A stretch of DNA of 64,000 nt from Octopus vulgaris (Eukaryota): contig OX597815.1 in the NCBI GenBank assembly GCA_951406725.2, forward strand, positions 168,206,001 to 168,270,000. The letters run 5' to 3'. Position numbers and translations under genes: made by a program. Position 1 is the first letter of the stretch. Each line of letters opens with the position of its first letter. Positions 1 to 14,057 of the stretch are shown here, piece after piece. The notes under the pieces were generated by a model. That model saw only the letters and a list, made by a program, of their open reading frames with translations, was not told where the DNA came from and did no database searches.

Positions 1-47
1 TATTGTATTAAACGGGTGAAGGTAATGAAGTATTTTACATTTAATTT

Positions 48-310
48 ATAATACAAATAAGAAAATGGAGAAGCAATTTTGTTCATCAACTTTCGGATAT
101 TAGAATGTTGAATTATTTTTTTATGATTTCAATAATTTATATTATGATTTAAATAATTTCTATTCTTATCTTATATGTATTGAATTATAAGATATATATG
201 TATGCTATTAAGGTTCTCATTTTGTTAAATGAATAAATAATTCAATATTCTAATATCCGAAAGTTGATGAACAAACTAAATTGCTTCTCTATTTTCTTAT
301 TTGTATTATA
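48..310. repeat. Fold-back element (arms about 48-118 and 235-310) next to (TA)n
   Basis: tgttcatcaactttcggatattagaat pairs with attctaatatccgaaagttgatgaaca; only a partial HHR-like 3' half is visible. Confidence 0.7.
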
Positions 311-365
311 TATATATATTTATTGAAATGGATAAATGAATTATCTTGTTACGGATTATTCAAAT

Positions 366-473
366 TATAACCGATACCTGGGTAGCAAAAATCACAACAG
401 AAAAAATCACGGTTGAGGTTACGACCATGGGGTCTCAAAACCGTGCCTTAGTGCGGAAATTTGAAGTTTTATA
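366..473 (+). ncRNA. Degenerate hammerhead-like motif
   Basis: tataa CCGATAC ... GAAA TTTGAAG TT ttata; same layout as the 37417-37475 motif, but the core is damaged. Confidence 0.3.
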
Positions 474-569
474 ATCCGAATTAGGGACTTTGCAGCCTTT
501 GAAACATATGTAGAAAATAATAAAAAGGAATTTTGTAAAATCTTCGTTCAGCTCCATTTCTTCCCTCAC

Positions 570-623
<54 letters not shown>

Positions 624-626
<3 letters not shown>

Positions 627-830
627 CGGGAAGCTTTATGAAAATAAACAAAAGACGAAGGCAGGTGGAATACAAACAAACAATTGTATTAGTATGGCGC
701 TCAGGAATATAAATAAAACAAGTCTTTTACGTTTCGAGCCTACGCTCTTCAACAGAAAGATACACAGAAAATAAACACGGAGAGAAACAAGGAGAGAAAA
801 AAATGCGTGCAGAAGTTAGCGAATCAACAA
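624..830 (-). mobile_element. TA-embedded PLE-end-like repeat, family A, with HHR-like motif at 723-760
   Basis: Minus strand: tcttt CTGTTGA a GAGC gtag GCTC GAAA CG TA aaaga; homologous to 2302-2448, 22431-22561, 23285-23471 and 26422-26757. Confidence 0.75.
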
Positions 831-1149
831 TGCGTGTGTATGTATATATATATATATATACACACACACACAAATGTACATGTATTGCATATATGACGTG
901 CAGTTTGCGATCATCATGCCCCTTGATTCACTTATGTAACTTCAATCCAGGATTATATTTATAAATATATATATGTATGTAAGTATGTATATGAATGTAC
1001 GTATATTTTCCATTTTTCCTCTATATTATTTCTTATATATATATTCAATTTTTGGGGATTAATCGATTTGCGGGTATTCTATTTCAGATAATACAAAAAT
1101 AACCTAACGAGTATATCTGACAGTAAACTCATGGTATCAGTTTTCACAT

Positions 1150-1201
<52 letters not shown>

Positions 1202-1520
1202 ATTTAAACACAGACATTTTTATTCTGATGTTTAATCTTATATCTCACATTCTGTATTTGACATATACTTGATTTTACATGATTGATATTTATATTAATT
1301 CATATTTATAATGTATAATTCATGAATTTCAATTCCTAATATTACAAAGTATAATTTTTATTCTTAATTTTTAATTCTTGATTTTTAATCTTTAATGCTT
1401 AATTGTATTGCTTATATTTAAAAGGATGTAAAATTAGATATATAATATTTTTGAAATAGAACCTGAAGATGTGTTGGAATAATTCTAAATCTGACGATTG
1501 CATATATGTATTTATATATG

Positions 1521-1612
<92 letters not shown>

Positions 1613-1619
<7 letters not shown>

Positions 1620-1807
1620 GGAGTTTACAGGACTAGAACTGTTTCATTCAAGAGAAATCTTCAGGAAGCTCAGGGCTTCCTGAAGATTTCTCTTGAATGA
1701 AACAGTTCTAGTCCTGTAGAAGCTCCTTCTATATAATAAATTAATTTTACTCTGCTATGTATTGAGTACCTTATTTACTGTGGTTAACCCCGAATCAACC
1801 CGGGACC

Positions 1808-1810
<3 letters not shown>
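1613..1810 (+). mobile_element. TA-flanked hairpin element carrying an HHR
   Basis: Arms about 1613-1669 and 1675-1733 with a 5-nt loop; the right arm extends to 1810; (TA)n on both sides. Confidence 0.85.
1675..1723 (+). ncRNA. Type I hammerhead ribozyme (canonical core)
   Basis: gcttc CTGAAGA tttc-tctt-gaat GAAA CAG-ttctagtc-CTG TA gaagc; all three helices, GUA cleavage triplet. Confidence 0.85.
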
Positions 1811-1874
<64 letters not shown>

Positions 1875-2301
1875 GTATACAGTTGTGTATAAGGATATAT
1901 ATTGTAATCTTCCAATATTGAAACACGTGTAGTTCCTTCATATTTATTAAATATAAGTATTAACTAAAGTAGGATATAATTAATGAAGTATATTATATAC
2001 CCACCTGGAAATTTTGGTTATATCCTTTAAATATTATTTCCTGATGTGCTAACTGATACCATGAGTTTACTGTCAGATATACTCATTGGGTTATTTTTGT
2101 ATTATCTGAAATAAAATACCCGCATATCGATTAATCCCACAAAATTGAATCAATAGTGACTTTTATCAGATACTTTGTATATTTATAGATAAATGTATAA
2201 AATATACGATAAATAAGACCTCAAAGTACGATATGTAGCTGCATATAATTCTGAAGTGTTGCACTTGATTGATTTGGAAATTTGTTTTCCCAAATTATAT
2301 G

Positions 2302-2444
2302 TTTTTTTCTGTGTATCTTTCTGTAGAAGAGCGTAGGCTCGAAACGTAAAAGACTTTTTCTATTCTAAGCGCTATACTAATACATTTGTTTGTTTGTTTG
2401 TACACCACCTGCCTTTATCTTTCGTTTATTTTCGTAAACTTTCC

Positions 2445-2448
<4 letters not shown>
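2302..2448 (+). mobile_element. Family A repeat with HHR-like motif (2316-2353)
   Basis: tcttt CTGTAGA a GAGC gtag GCTC GAAA CG TA aaaga; ends in (TA)n. Confidence 0.7.
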
Positions 2449-2507
<59 letters not shown>

Positions 2508-2527
2508 TATATATATATGTATATGTA

Positions 2528-2593
<66 letters not shown>

Positions 2594-3152
2594 ATATTAT
2601 ATGATATATATATATATTCTTTTATTTTTTATTTTTACTTGTTTCAGTCGTTTGACTGTGACCATACTGGATCACTGCCTTGAAGGTTTTTTTTTTTTAG
2701 TCAGACAAATCGAACCCAGGAATTATTTTTTTAAAGCCTCGTAATTATTCAATTGGTCTATTTCGCCGAACTGCTAAAAAGAAATAAATGAAATACTTAC
2801 TTATACCCATGGAAGAAGCAAACACTACGTCATGAGCACAATTAAGTACTCCAAATATATCCAAAATAGAAATTCTCCAGCCCATTCGAGACACATGCGA
2901 TTTCGGCATATTTGGCATTAGGATTTTTTTTCTTTTGCCCTTGTTTATAAGTTGTTTATAAATTTAACCTTTAAAGGTATTTATTAATTATGCTGCCCAT
3001 TGATGAAATTTTTTTCAAAAATTTTATCCTATATTAGATATATATATATATATATATATAAAATCTATACAAAAATACGCATAAGTATACATGCAGACAC
3101 ACACACACACACACACATATATATATGTGTGTGTGTGAGTGTGTGTGAGTGT

Positions 3153-3201
<49 letters not shown>

Positions 3202-3387
3202 GTGTAGTGAAAACTAATAGTCATACATCGGAGATACTGTCTAGGCGCGTTATTAAAACCTTAGACAAGATATCCAGTATATGAAACTATTAGTAGCTTA
3301 TAACTATATACTGTATACATTAAACAATATTTCTCACTCACTCGCCGGATGGAGTACTACTTTGTTGATCTTACCATAACGGAGAAG

Positions 3388-3575
3388 TAACTATATATAT
3401 ATGGTGACAAAGTGACTGAAAGACTGAGAGCTTCGTAAGTTGGCACTGCACAAACGTACGAAACTCTCGGAACTAGAGTCACTAAGTTGCATCAGCTAAA
3501 TATTAATGAAAAGATACATATACTCATATTCTGAGTCCTAGTTTTCCTACTGGCATCACCATAACTATATATATA
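3388..3575. repeat. Diverged hairpin with the 3' half of an HHR
   Basis: gagagcttcgtaagtt / aacgtacgaaactctc inverted; GAAA CTCT cggaact AGAG TC act. Confidence 0.5.
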
Positions 3576-3767
3576 TATATTACATATATATATATTATAT
3601 ATATATATGCACATGGATATACATTGATGCGTACCATACATACATAGACATATGTATATATATATATATATAAATATATACACAGAGATGAATATATATA
3701 CATATATATACATATATATATATATGTGTGTGTGTATGTGTATATATATATATATATACATACATAC

Positions 3768-3854
<87 letters not shown>

Positions 3855-3858
<4 letters not shown>

Positions 3859-4052
3859 ATCCAAACAAGAAAACACAGCAACGCGAGGACGTGGAACAAA
3901 TAAAGTATTATTGGACGCTCAGGAAAGAAGGGAAGAAGGAGGGTTTAACGTTTCGAGCGGAGCTCTTCGTCGGAAACATAGGAGAAGGAAAGATCCCGAG
4001 AAGGGAAGACAGAGGGAAAAAAATCGGCAGCGGTACTCACGAGGTCACATAT

Positions 4053-4054
<2 letters not shown>
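3855..4054 (-). mobile_element. TA-embedded repeat, family B, with HHR-like motif (3943-3977)
   Basis: Minus strand: gttt CCGACGA a GAGC tcc GCTC GAAA CG TT aaac; homolog at 44097-44440. Confidence 0.75.
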
Positions 4055-4087
<33 letters not shown>

Positions 4088-4129
4088 CGCACTTACAAAC
4101 GTACACACACATACATATGTGTGTGTGTT

Positions 4130-4241
4130 CAGCCGAAATTACGAGGATGATCCGGTTCTTGACTGAAGATTAGAGGCTTCGAATGACCCGTCCGTTTTTT
4201 GTGTCGTCTATTTGAATGTTTTGCGTTCTTGTCCTATTTTG

Positions 4242-4245
<4 letters not shown>
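4130..4245 (+). repeat. TA-associated interspersed repeat, family C (also about 22985-23222 -, 39069-39232 +, 39640-39755 -, 58665-58980 +)
   Basis: Shared gaaattgcgaggatgatccggttcttgactgaggat...gcttcgaatgacccgtc. Confidence 0.7.
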
Positions 4246-4323
<78 letters not shown>

Positions 4324-4326
4324 TAA

Positions 4327-4620
4327 GCCTGGGCTTCCGAGGCCCACAGCTCTTCAATATCCTCCCGAAGAACCTAAGAGACCTGCATGGGGTGGATGCA
4401 GATGTCTTTAAAATGAAACTGGATCTCTTCTTGTCAGGTGTCCCAGATGAACCAACTTCACGGCAGGAGGTGCAGATGAGGGCAGCTGCATCGTACTCTC
4501 TCATGCACCAGATGGCAATTGCTAAAAAGCATTCGTGAAGTAAAATCATGTAGCAACACCAAATGGCGGTGCCCCAGCATGGCCACAGCTTGTGAGCTGA
4601 AACTAAATAAATAAATAAAA
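4327..4620 (+). mobile_element. CR1-group LINE, 3' fragment
   Basis: SLGFRGPQLFNILP...LDLFLSGVPDEP plus 3' UTR and A-rich tail; homologous to 5382-5876 and 48152-48738. Confidence 0.8.
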
Positions 4621-4802
4621 AATTTATATATTCATATATATATACATATATATCCACACACACATAATTAGAATAAATCATTATTTAATTATTTATCAGT
4701 GGCCAGCATAGCAATAATACCATAATGGTTAATTTATATCAAAATTATAATATGGATAATGAATAATTACAGACTGGCGTAAATTATTCATCGACCTCAT
4801 TA

Positions 4803-4914
<112 letters not shown>

Positions 4915-5196
4915 CATCTATATATATACATATATATATATACAAATATATATATACACACACACATACAAACACCCACACACTATATGAGTGCGAGCGC
5001 AAATGTTTTTCTTACTTTTTCTGCTAGTAATTCTAATTACCTTTTATACACGCTTTTTATGTACATCGGTAACGCCATCTCTGTGTATTGAACAAATGTA
5101 ATTCTGTTTTCTCAGATAAATGGCATTTTGCATATATATATATATATAAATATAAATAAATAAATATATATATATATAAATATAAATAAATAAATA

Positions 5197-5234
<38 letters not shown>

Positions 5235-5248
5235 TAAATAAATAAATA

Positions 5249-5308
<60 letters not shown>

Positions 5309-5381
5309 TAAATAAATAAATATATATATATTTATCAGTGGCCAGCATAACAATAATACCATAATGGTTAATTATGAGCTA

Positions 5382-5873
5382 CTGGTAAAGCTCCATTCCC
5401 TGGAGCGTAGACGAGAAAGATATGCCATAATATATATCTGGAAGATCCTGGAAGGACTTGTCCCAGACTTTGGCATCGAGAGTCACACAAATGCCAGAAC
5501 CGGACGCCACTGCGTAGTACCAAGGACTCCAAATTTGCCATCAAGATGTAGGACAAGATATTGTGATAGCCTGGGCTTCAGAGGCCCACAGCTCTTCAAT
5601 ATCCTCCCAAAGAACCTGAGGGACCTGCATGGTGTAGATGCGGATGTCTTTAAAGTAGGACTGGACCTCTTCCTGTCAGGTGTCCCGGATGAACCAACTT
5701 CACGGCAGGAGGTGCAGATGAGGGCAGCTGCATCGAACTCTCTCATGCATCAGATGGCGTTTGCTAAAAAGCATCCGTGAGGTAAAATCGTGTAGCAAAC
5801 CAAATGGCGGTGCCCCAGCATGGCCACAGCTCATTAGCTGAAACTGGAAAAATCAAAATCAAATCAAAATCAA

Positions 5874-5876
<3 letters not shown>
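5382..5876 (+). mobile_element. CR1-group LINE, 3' fragment
   Basis: LHSLERRRERYAIIYIWKILEGLVP... C-terminus of ORF2; tail of (AAATC)n. Confidence 0.82.
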
Positions 5877-5962
<86 letters not shown>

Positions 5963-6012
5963 TAAATGTATGTATGTATGTATGTATGTATGTATGTATG
6001 TATGTATGTATG

Positions 6013-6043
<31 letters not shown>

Positions 6044-6286
6044 CTATATGAATGAATATAAGTAGCGATGGAGCGATAGGATGTTATTCCGGCACTCAAC
6101 TACGATTCAGAAACAGCTCTAAGCTAATGAATTTCATAACATAAACATCTTTTTCTTATTACTTAGATTAGTATAGATACTAATCTAACACTTTATTCTG
6201 AAACATACGTATATTGAGTTCTTCACCAGGCTCTTAGTCACGCAATGCCTAAGCGATATATACATACATGCATCTATATATATACA

Positions 6287-6353
<67 letters not shown>

Positions 6354-6439
6354 ATAAATTCTCGTATATTCCATCTTCTGTCTTTCATTTGCTATATACA
6401 TATATTTATAATATATATAAGTATATGCATATAATAATA

Positions 6440-6726
6440 ATAATATTAGGGAGTAAATCCAAATTTACAGGGAAAAATTAGATTTAGTATTAAATCTAAT
6501 TTTACAGTATAAATATATATATTTATGTATTAAATTAGAGATAAAACCACTATTAGGTAAATCAAACAGTGAAAAACATAAACCAAAACAGAGAAATATA
6601 ATTAATTAATATGATATACAAAATATATAAAATGTAAAATTCAAAATTTGAATTATTTAAATTTAAAGTTAAAATTTAAAAAAATTTTTTAATTATTAAT
6701 TTATACTTATTAATTTATACTTATAA

Positions 6727-6730
<4 letters not shown>
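6440..6730. repeat. AT-rich TA-embedded repeat, family D (second copy about 31874-32130)
   Basis: Shared gataaaaccactattagg(t/c)aaatcaaacagtgaaaaacataaaccaaaaca. Confidence 0.6.
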
Positions 6731-6758
<28 letters not shown>

Positions 6759-6759
6759 T

Positions 6760-7258
<499 letters not shown>

Positions 7259-7283
7259 TATATATATAGACAGACAGACAGAG

Positions 7284-7412
<129 letters not shown>

Positions 7413-7614
7413 CATACATACATACATACACATACATCTGAGAGAATTATTATAATCGGTTATACTTTAATTAATTCCAGAGGGAGCACTAGCAAATATA
7501 AGGTTTGATCCAATAGGAATAATAATATAAATGAGGAATAAGTCATACATGCAGTTAATATACATACATATATACAATTGATATATATGTAGTTAATATA
7601 CATGTTTATATATC

Positions 7615-7905
7615 ACCGTGATCACCGTGACCGACCAGGCTATCAGATGTTGCTACACGTCGCTGATCACAATGCGCTTCGCATTGTTTTAGCCTTCAAA
7701 TGACGCTACCCCGCTAGCTAAGCGAGCAGTCCAACAGAAGAAAGTGTGAGAGAAAATGTGGCGAAAGAGTATAGCAGGGATCGCTACCACCCCCTGCCGG
7801 AGCTTCGTGAAGCTTTAGGTGTTTTCGCTCATTAAACACTCACAACGCCCGGTCTGGGATTCGAAACTGCGATCCTACGACCGCGAGTCCGCTGCCCTAA
7901 CCACA
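7615..7905 (-). mobile_element. tRNA(Arg)-like SINE, family 3
   Basis: Minus strand: tggttagggcagcggactcgcggtcgtaggatcgcagtttcgaatccc; similar to 59189-59475. Confidence 0.7.
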
Positions 7906-8684
7906 TGTTTATATATATATAAATATAAATATGTGTGTATGAGTGTATATGTGTATGTATGTATGTATGTATGTATGTATGTATGTATGTATGTATGTAT
8001 ACATGCATGTATGTATATTTATATACATATATAAAAGCACAGATACAGAGGATCAGGAAACATTCCAGTCATAGAGTCAGTGTCGATGCGTGACCTGAGA
8101 ACCCACATGAGCTTTTGATGCGTCGTTCTGTGTGCACTTTACTAAAATGGCAATAATATGCACGCTAATAACTGCATGAATTCTGAGATCATTCAACCGT
8201 TGTAAATGAGGAACCTTATTTTTCCTGTGGAGAACGTTGGTGCTTAATCGTCCGGATTACTGCCCCCAACTGTAGTTGCCACAAACCGTCAAATTAACAA
8301 CAGAATTCAAGGTAATCCGAGGCAACTACACCAAAATTATTGCCTCAGTGAAACAGTTGGACTACTGGAGGAAGGCTAAACAGCTGAGGCTATACTCCCT
8401 GGAGAAAAGACATTAAAATTATGCAATATTAACATAAAAGGTACTTGAAGGTCTAGCATTCGACTATGTGATTAAAAGTTATAGCAATCACATGACTGGA
8501 CCCCCAGTATAGTAGTAAAGATCCCACCTGCCCGGAGTATGGTTCAAAAGCCTGCAATTTCTCAATAGCTTGCAAAATGCCTCCAGACATTTAATACATA
8601 CATACATACATACATACGTACGTACGTACATACGTACATACATACATACATACATACATACACACACACACATATGTATGTATA

Positions 8685-8855
<171 letters not shown>

Positions 8856-9012
8856 CAAGGGTAATAAGAAATTTTAGAAATTTCTACTACCAGTGGCCTA
8901 GCGTGTAAAAATTTAGTCAATTGACTATATATTATTCATATAAATACACTGTCCATTTAAACGCATAAGAGGCATCCATCATAGGACTCCTTGCACGCTA
9001 GAAAGAACATAT

Positions 9013-9255
9013 ATATATTAGGTTTGGAGATGATGTACTGGTATTTTATATTAGAAGAAATGAGGTGCACAGAAATTCGGATGGCTTTATATTTACAGAT
9101 ATTTATTTGTATATTACATGTTTTTATAAATCATATATCATATATCATATATCATATAAGATATATGATGTATAAAAACATGTAATATACAAATAAATAT
9201 CTGTAAATATAAAACCATCTGAATTTCTGAGTACCTCATTTCTTCTTATATTTAT
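9013..9255. repeat. Hairpin element, family E (truncated before the HHR)
   Basis: Arms about 9046-9140 and 9160-9250; homologous to 11617-11950. Confidence 0.8.
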
Positions 9256-9261
9256 ATATAT

Positions 9262-9605
9262 AAACAATTGCAGCGTGGAAGGTGTTTATAAGCCATTTAA
9301 GAAACACACAAAAGCCGTTCGAATCACTCCAACATTTAAGTTTAATTTGTCAAAATATTTTCGTCGCTAAAATCCGCGACCTGTTCACTGACAAAGTCCG
9401 TGCAGCACGGACTTTGTCAGTGAACAGGTCGCGGATTTTAGCGACGAAAATATTTTGACAAATTAAACTTAAATGTTGGAGTGATTCGAACGGCTTTTGT
9501 GTGTTTCTTAAATGGCTTATAAACACCTTCCACGCTGCAATTGTTTTCGTTTCAGCACACGATCTCAGATCAAATTACTTGCTATGCGAGTACATCTCCG
9601 TAATT
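9262..9605 (+). mobile_element. Near-perfect 285-bp palindrome (two 142-bp arms, 1-nt loop at 9404) with HHR
   Basis: 9262-9403 is the reverse complement of 9405-9546; the right arm extends to (TA)n at about 9605. Confidence 0.9.
9413..9462 (+). ncRNA. Minimal type I hammerhead ribozyme (G3-C8 core variant)
   Basis: tttgtca GTGAACA g GTCGC ggatttta GCGAC GAAA ATAT TT tgacaaa; 7-bp helix I, 5-bp helix II, palindromic helix III AATATT. Confidence 0.75.
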
Positions 9606-9607
9606 TA

Positions 9608-9669
<62 letters not shown>

Positions 9670-10382
9670 GATGAATATATCTTCGTCCTTTAATATGATT
9701 TTTTTCAATAAATTTCTAATGCCTTTTCATCAAACGTTATTTACGAATTTTTAAATCGTATAGGTATGAATGTATGTAAAACAAATAATCAACATCAGAC
9801 AATTTATTAGACAAAGTTCAATAAATTTCCTCAAATAAATGAAGCAGATTAGATGTTAAAATGGATTATCCTTTTATTTAATATTTATATATCGAGGAAT
9901 TTTTAATTTTTTCTAAAAACTTTTCTCCAATACGAAGTATTGCCCAATATTACTTTTATTACATTTTACAACAATCATGTAAGTGATCCCCTTTAAATAT
10001 ATCTTTGCGGGAGTTTGTATATATTTCGTAAGCTTCATTCTTTTAAATTTATCTAGCTGTTTTTAGATAATTAATGCAACATATACTGCCTATATTGTCT
10101 ATCGATTATTAACTTTTCTGAAATACTTAAATAAAAAAAAATCTCTATAAACTATTAATCAATCTCACTTGGTAATTCTAACTTCCAATTTACCTAAAAA
10201 CATAGCAGGTATGATAGATGACCGTTAAGAAAATTTTGAATATGGATCTGAAATAACATTGAGCTCCTTATTTGGTATTTCTGAATGTATTTACATCTTG
10301 ACCAGTATTTTCTTCGGAGAGTTTTTCAAATAGATATTTATTGGATTTCATAGTGAGGAAGTCAAGAATAAACTATTCTAAC

Positions 10383-10790
10383 TCTTTTACTCTTTTACTT
10401 GTTTCAGTCATTTTACTGTGGCCATGCTGGAGCACCGCCTTTAGTCGAGCAAATCGACCCCAGGACTTATTCTTTGGAAGCCTAGTACTAATTCTATCGG
10501 TCTCTTAGGCCGACCCGCTAAGTTACGGGGACGTAAACACACCAGCATCGGTTGACAAGCGATGTTGGGGTGACAAACACAAACACAAACATATACACAC
10601 ACACAAATATATATATGTACATATATACGACGGACTTCTTTCAGTTTCCGTCTACCAAATCCACTCACAAGGCTTTGGTTGGCTCGTGGCTATAGTAGAA
10701 GACACTTGCCCAAGGTGTCACGCAGTGGGACTGAACCTGGAACCATGTGGTTCGTAAGCAAGCTACTTACCACACAGCCACTCCTACGCC
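10383..10790 (-). mobile_element. tRNA-derived SINE, family 1 (full length)
   Basis: A/B-box head on the minus strand, ccttgggcaagtgtc body, (gagtaaaa)n tail. Confidence 0.88.
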
Positions 10791-11046
10791 TATATTTAAA
10801 CAACCAAGTCCTTTATGGTTTTAGTCTTGATTCAAATTATCGTGAGTGGAAGAATGAGTATACTAATACCTATATAATAATGATAACTAAGAAAAAATTC
10901 AATGTATATTTTAAACGCCATGCTGTTTATTTTCTTTTAAATCTCACCCACCAAAGAGTACAGATTCGACCTTTGTCATGTTCTCTTTATGGAAACCTCG
11001 GTCTTTTTTTTTTGTCAGAAACAATTGTCTTGGATTATGATGTAAA

Positions 11047-11452
11047 AATGAGTGGCTGTGTGGTAAGTAGCTTGCTTATCAACCACATGGTTCCGGGTTC
11101 AGTCCCACTGCGTGGCACCTTGGGCAAGTGTCTTCTACTATAGCCTCGGGCCTTGTGAGTGGATTTGGTAGACGGAAACTGAAAGAAGCCCGTCGTATAT
11201 ATGTATATATATATATGTGTGTGTGCGTGTATGTTTGTGTGTCTGTGTTTGTTCCCCTAGCACTGCTTGACAACCGATGTTGGTGTGTTTATGTCCCCTT
11301 CACTTAGCGGTTCGGCAAAAGAGACCGATAGAATAAGTACTGGGCTTACAAAGAATAAGTCCCGGGGTCGAGTTGCTCGACTAAAGGCGGTGCTCCAGCA
11401 TGGCCGCAGTCAACTGACTGAAACAAGTAAAAGAGTGAAAGAGTAAAAGAGA
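11047..11452 (+). mobile_element. tRNA-derived SINE, family 1 (full length)
   Basis: gtggctgtgtggtaag...ggttcagtccc; tail ggcggtgctccagcatggccgcagtc...gactgaaac. Confidence 0.88.
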
Positions 11453-11534
11453 GTAACATCTAATCTGCTCATTTCATTTATTTGATAAAATTTATTGAAC
11501 TCTGTTTAATAATTTAAGCCTTATATTGATTATT

Positions 11535-11575
<41 letters not shown>

Positions 11576-11616
11576 CTGTACGTATGTATGTATGGATATG
11601 TATATATATACATATA

Positions 11617-11950
11617 TATTAGAAGGTTTGGAGATGATGAGATGATGTACAGGTATTATATATTAGAAGAAATGAGATACTCAGAAATCGGATGGTTTTA
11701 TATTTACAGATATTTATTAATATGTTACATGTTTTTATACATCATATATCATATATCATATATTAGCACTTTTGTCAATTCTAGTGGAGTCTTCAAATTG
11801 GAGTGTTCAATTTGAAGACTCCACTAGAATGGACGAAAGCGCTAATATATATGATATATGATATATGATGTATAAAAACATGTAACATATTAATAAATAT
11901 CTGTGAATATAAAACCATCCGGATTTCTGAGTATCTCATTTCTTCTAATA
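11617..11950 (+). mobile_element. Hairpin element, family E, with HHR (about 11808-11847)
   Basis: Arms about 11680-11800 and 11808-11950; caat TTGAAGA c TCCA ctagaa TGGA c GAAA GCGC TA at. Confidence 0.75.
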
Positions 11951-12115
11951 TATATATATATCCGGACTGAACAAAGTCTTGTTAGCAGATTTGCTAGATT
12001 GAAATAGAAAGAAACCTGCCGTATATGTGTGTCTATCTTTCAATTTGTGTTTGTCCTCCACCACCACCACCACCACCGCCTGACGACCTGTGTTCGTTTG
12101 TTTACGTCCACGTAA

Positions 12116-13905
12116 CTATGTGAGCCGACAAAAGACAAACTTTTCTTCGCCAAATCTAGTCCACTCATCCTCAAAATGCTGCGTACCAGTTTTGACCATA
12201 CCCCTCCAGGTAGTATGGTCTGTGACCAGTGTTTCAAGTTCACCAAGGGGGATGTTGCAGAGCTTCAGGGATTTCTTGAGATGATCTTTATATCGCTTCT
12301 TTGGACCTCCGTGCGGTCGGTAATCCTTTGCTAACTCTCCAAAAAGGACAATCTTGGGTATACGGTTTTCCAGCATCTTGATAACATGCCCCACCCGGCG
12401 CAGATGACGTTCGAGGATCATGCATTCGATGCTGGTCAATTTCGCTCGTCTCAGGATCTCTATGTGTGGGATCTTGTCCTTCTAGGTCAGATGAAGAATG
12501 CTCTGGAGACAGCGGATATGAAAGGATTCGATGAGTTTGACATAACGATAAAGTGTCCAGGTTTCTGAGGAATGCAGAAGCGGGGAAACCACAACAGCAC
12601 GATAAACCACGATTTTCGTGGAGAGATTCAGATCGTGATTATGGAAGACCCTATCATTGAGACGTCCAAAAGCGGAGGAGGCAACGTAGATGCGATTCTG
12701 AATTTCGCCGTCAATGACCCCATTTCTTGAGATGATGCTACCCAAATAGGTGAATTTCTCGGTGTTCCTTAACTGGTTGTCTTGGATGGAAAGAGTTACA
12801 GGGGGTGAATCATTTTTGAAGCGTTGAAGGATCTCTATTTTCTTGGTGTTGACCTGGAGTCCAGCCCGACGACAGGCGTTGCACACAACGTCTAGGTTCT
12901 GCTGAAGGCTGGCTGGTTCGTGGGCCAGAGCTTCGCAGTCATCAGCATACTGTAATTCGAAGACAGTGGTGTACTGAGTCTTTGCTAGTGATTTTAGTCT
13001 CCTCAAGTTGAAGAGACTGCCATCATGGCGATATCGAATTGGGATGCCATCTTCGTGGTTGAGGTCGTAGCGAGATAGTAAGGTCACAGCCACAAGGAAC
13101 ATATTGAAGAGGACAGGAGCCAGGACACAGCCTTGTTTAACACTTGAACGTTGAAGTAGTCAGACTGATCACCACCCAATGTCACACATGCTTGCATGTC
13201 GTCATGGAACTGGCGTAGCATGGCAAGAAGCTTAGTGGGGCATCCATACCTCTGCAGGACATTCCATAGTAGTTGGCGGCTAATAGTATCAAAAGCCTTA
13301 GTTAGGTCAATAAAGGCAAACGAGGCATCACGCTGTTGTTCTCGGCACTTCTCTAACAGGAGGCGGGAGACGAAGACCATGTCGATACTGCTACGGTTAC
13401 CTCTAAAACCACATTGAGACTCTGGGAGGATTTCCTCAACGAAGTGGCCAAGAAGTCGAGAGAGCAGGACGCGTGCCAAGACCTTTCCTGCAACATCCAG
13501 GAGTGAAATACCTCTGGTGTTGTTGTAGTCTGAGCGATCTCCCTTCTTCATGAAGATGGTGATTATGTCCGCATGTTTCCAGCGTTCAGGGATCAAGACA
13601 CTTTTCCAACAGTAGAGGATAATCTGATGAAGACGCTGGACACCATATTTATAGATCTCCCCGGACACACCATCTGATCCAGGTGATTTCCTGTTTTTTT
13701 TTTTTTTTAGTAGGAGATAGCTGTACGGATTTCCACGACGGAGGGTTCCGTATCCAGCTCAGGGAGAGAAGGGAGATGAGGCAGCACATCAATCAGTGTG
13801 GTGTCTGTAGGATTTATCTTGTTCAGCAAGAGTTGAAGTGTTCAGCCCATCTGTCACGGATCTGGGAGTGTTGCCGTCTTTTCCTTGTAGAGAGTGTTGC
13901 CGTCT
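12116..13905 (-). mobile_element. RTE-clade LINE, 5'-truncated, frameshifted RT
   Basis: RGISLLDVAGKVLAR, LPESQCGFRGNRSSIDMVF, FIDLTKAFDT, LQYADD, FTYLGS, RIPKIVLFGEL...GGPKKRYKD. Confidence 0.9.
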
Positions 13906-14057
13906 AAAGATCGTATCGGATTGATATGATTGGAGGACGGACCGTACATGGATTTGGTTGCAGTGTAATGGTAAAAGGTGTAAAAACGGTGTTTATACAC
14001 CTTTTACCATCGAAGATTTTTTTTCTCCCCCGTGACTGCAATGAATTTGCCTTTAAA

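Larger units (their letters stand above)
1459..1935 (+). ncRNA. Hammerhead ribozyme split by a (TA)n tract and a nested element in loop II
   Basis: gaac CTGAAGA tgtgttggaa [about 430 nt] ttccaatatt GAAA CACGTG TA gttc. Confidence 0.7.
1043..2150. repeat. Fold-back element (arms about 1043-1141 and 2051-2150) with nested insertions
   Basis: ...gagtatatctgacagtaaactcatggtatcagtt is the reverse complement of aactgataccatgagtttactgtcagatatactc... Confidence 0.8.
9780..11535. repeat. Old fold-back (arms about 9783-9857 and 11455-11535) interrupted by two SINEs
   Basis: aaataaatgaagcagattagatgtta / taacatctaatctgctcatttcatttattt. Confidence 0.6.

Noticed and set aside
4130-4245. CTGAAGA/CTGAGGA in family C as a hammerhead core
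   Set aside because: No helix II and GAAT instead of GAAA; an upstream alternative (about 23130-23195, minus) is too degenerate to call
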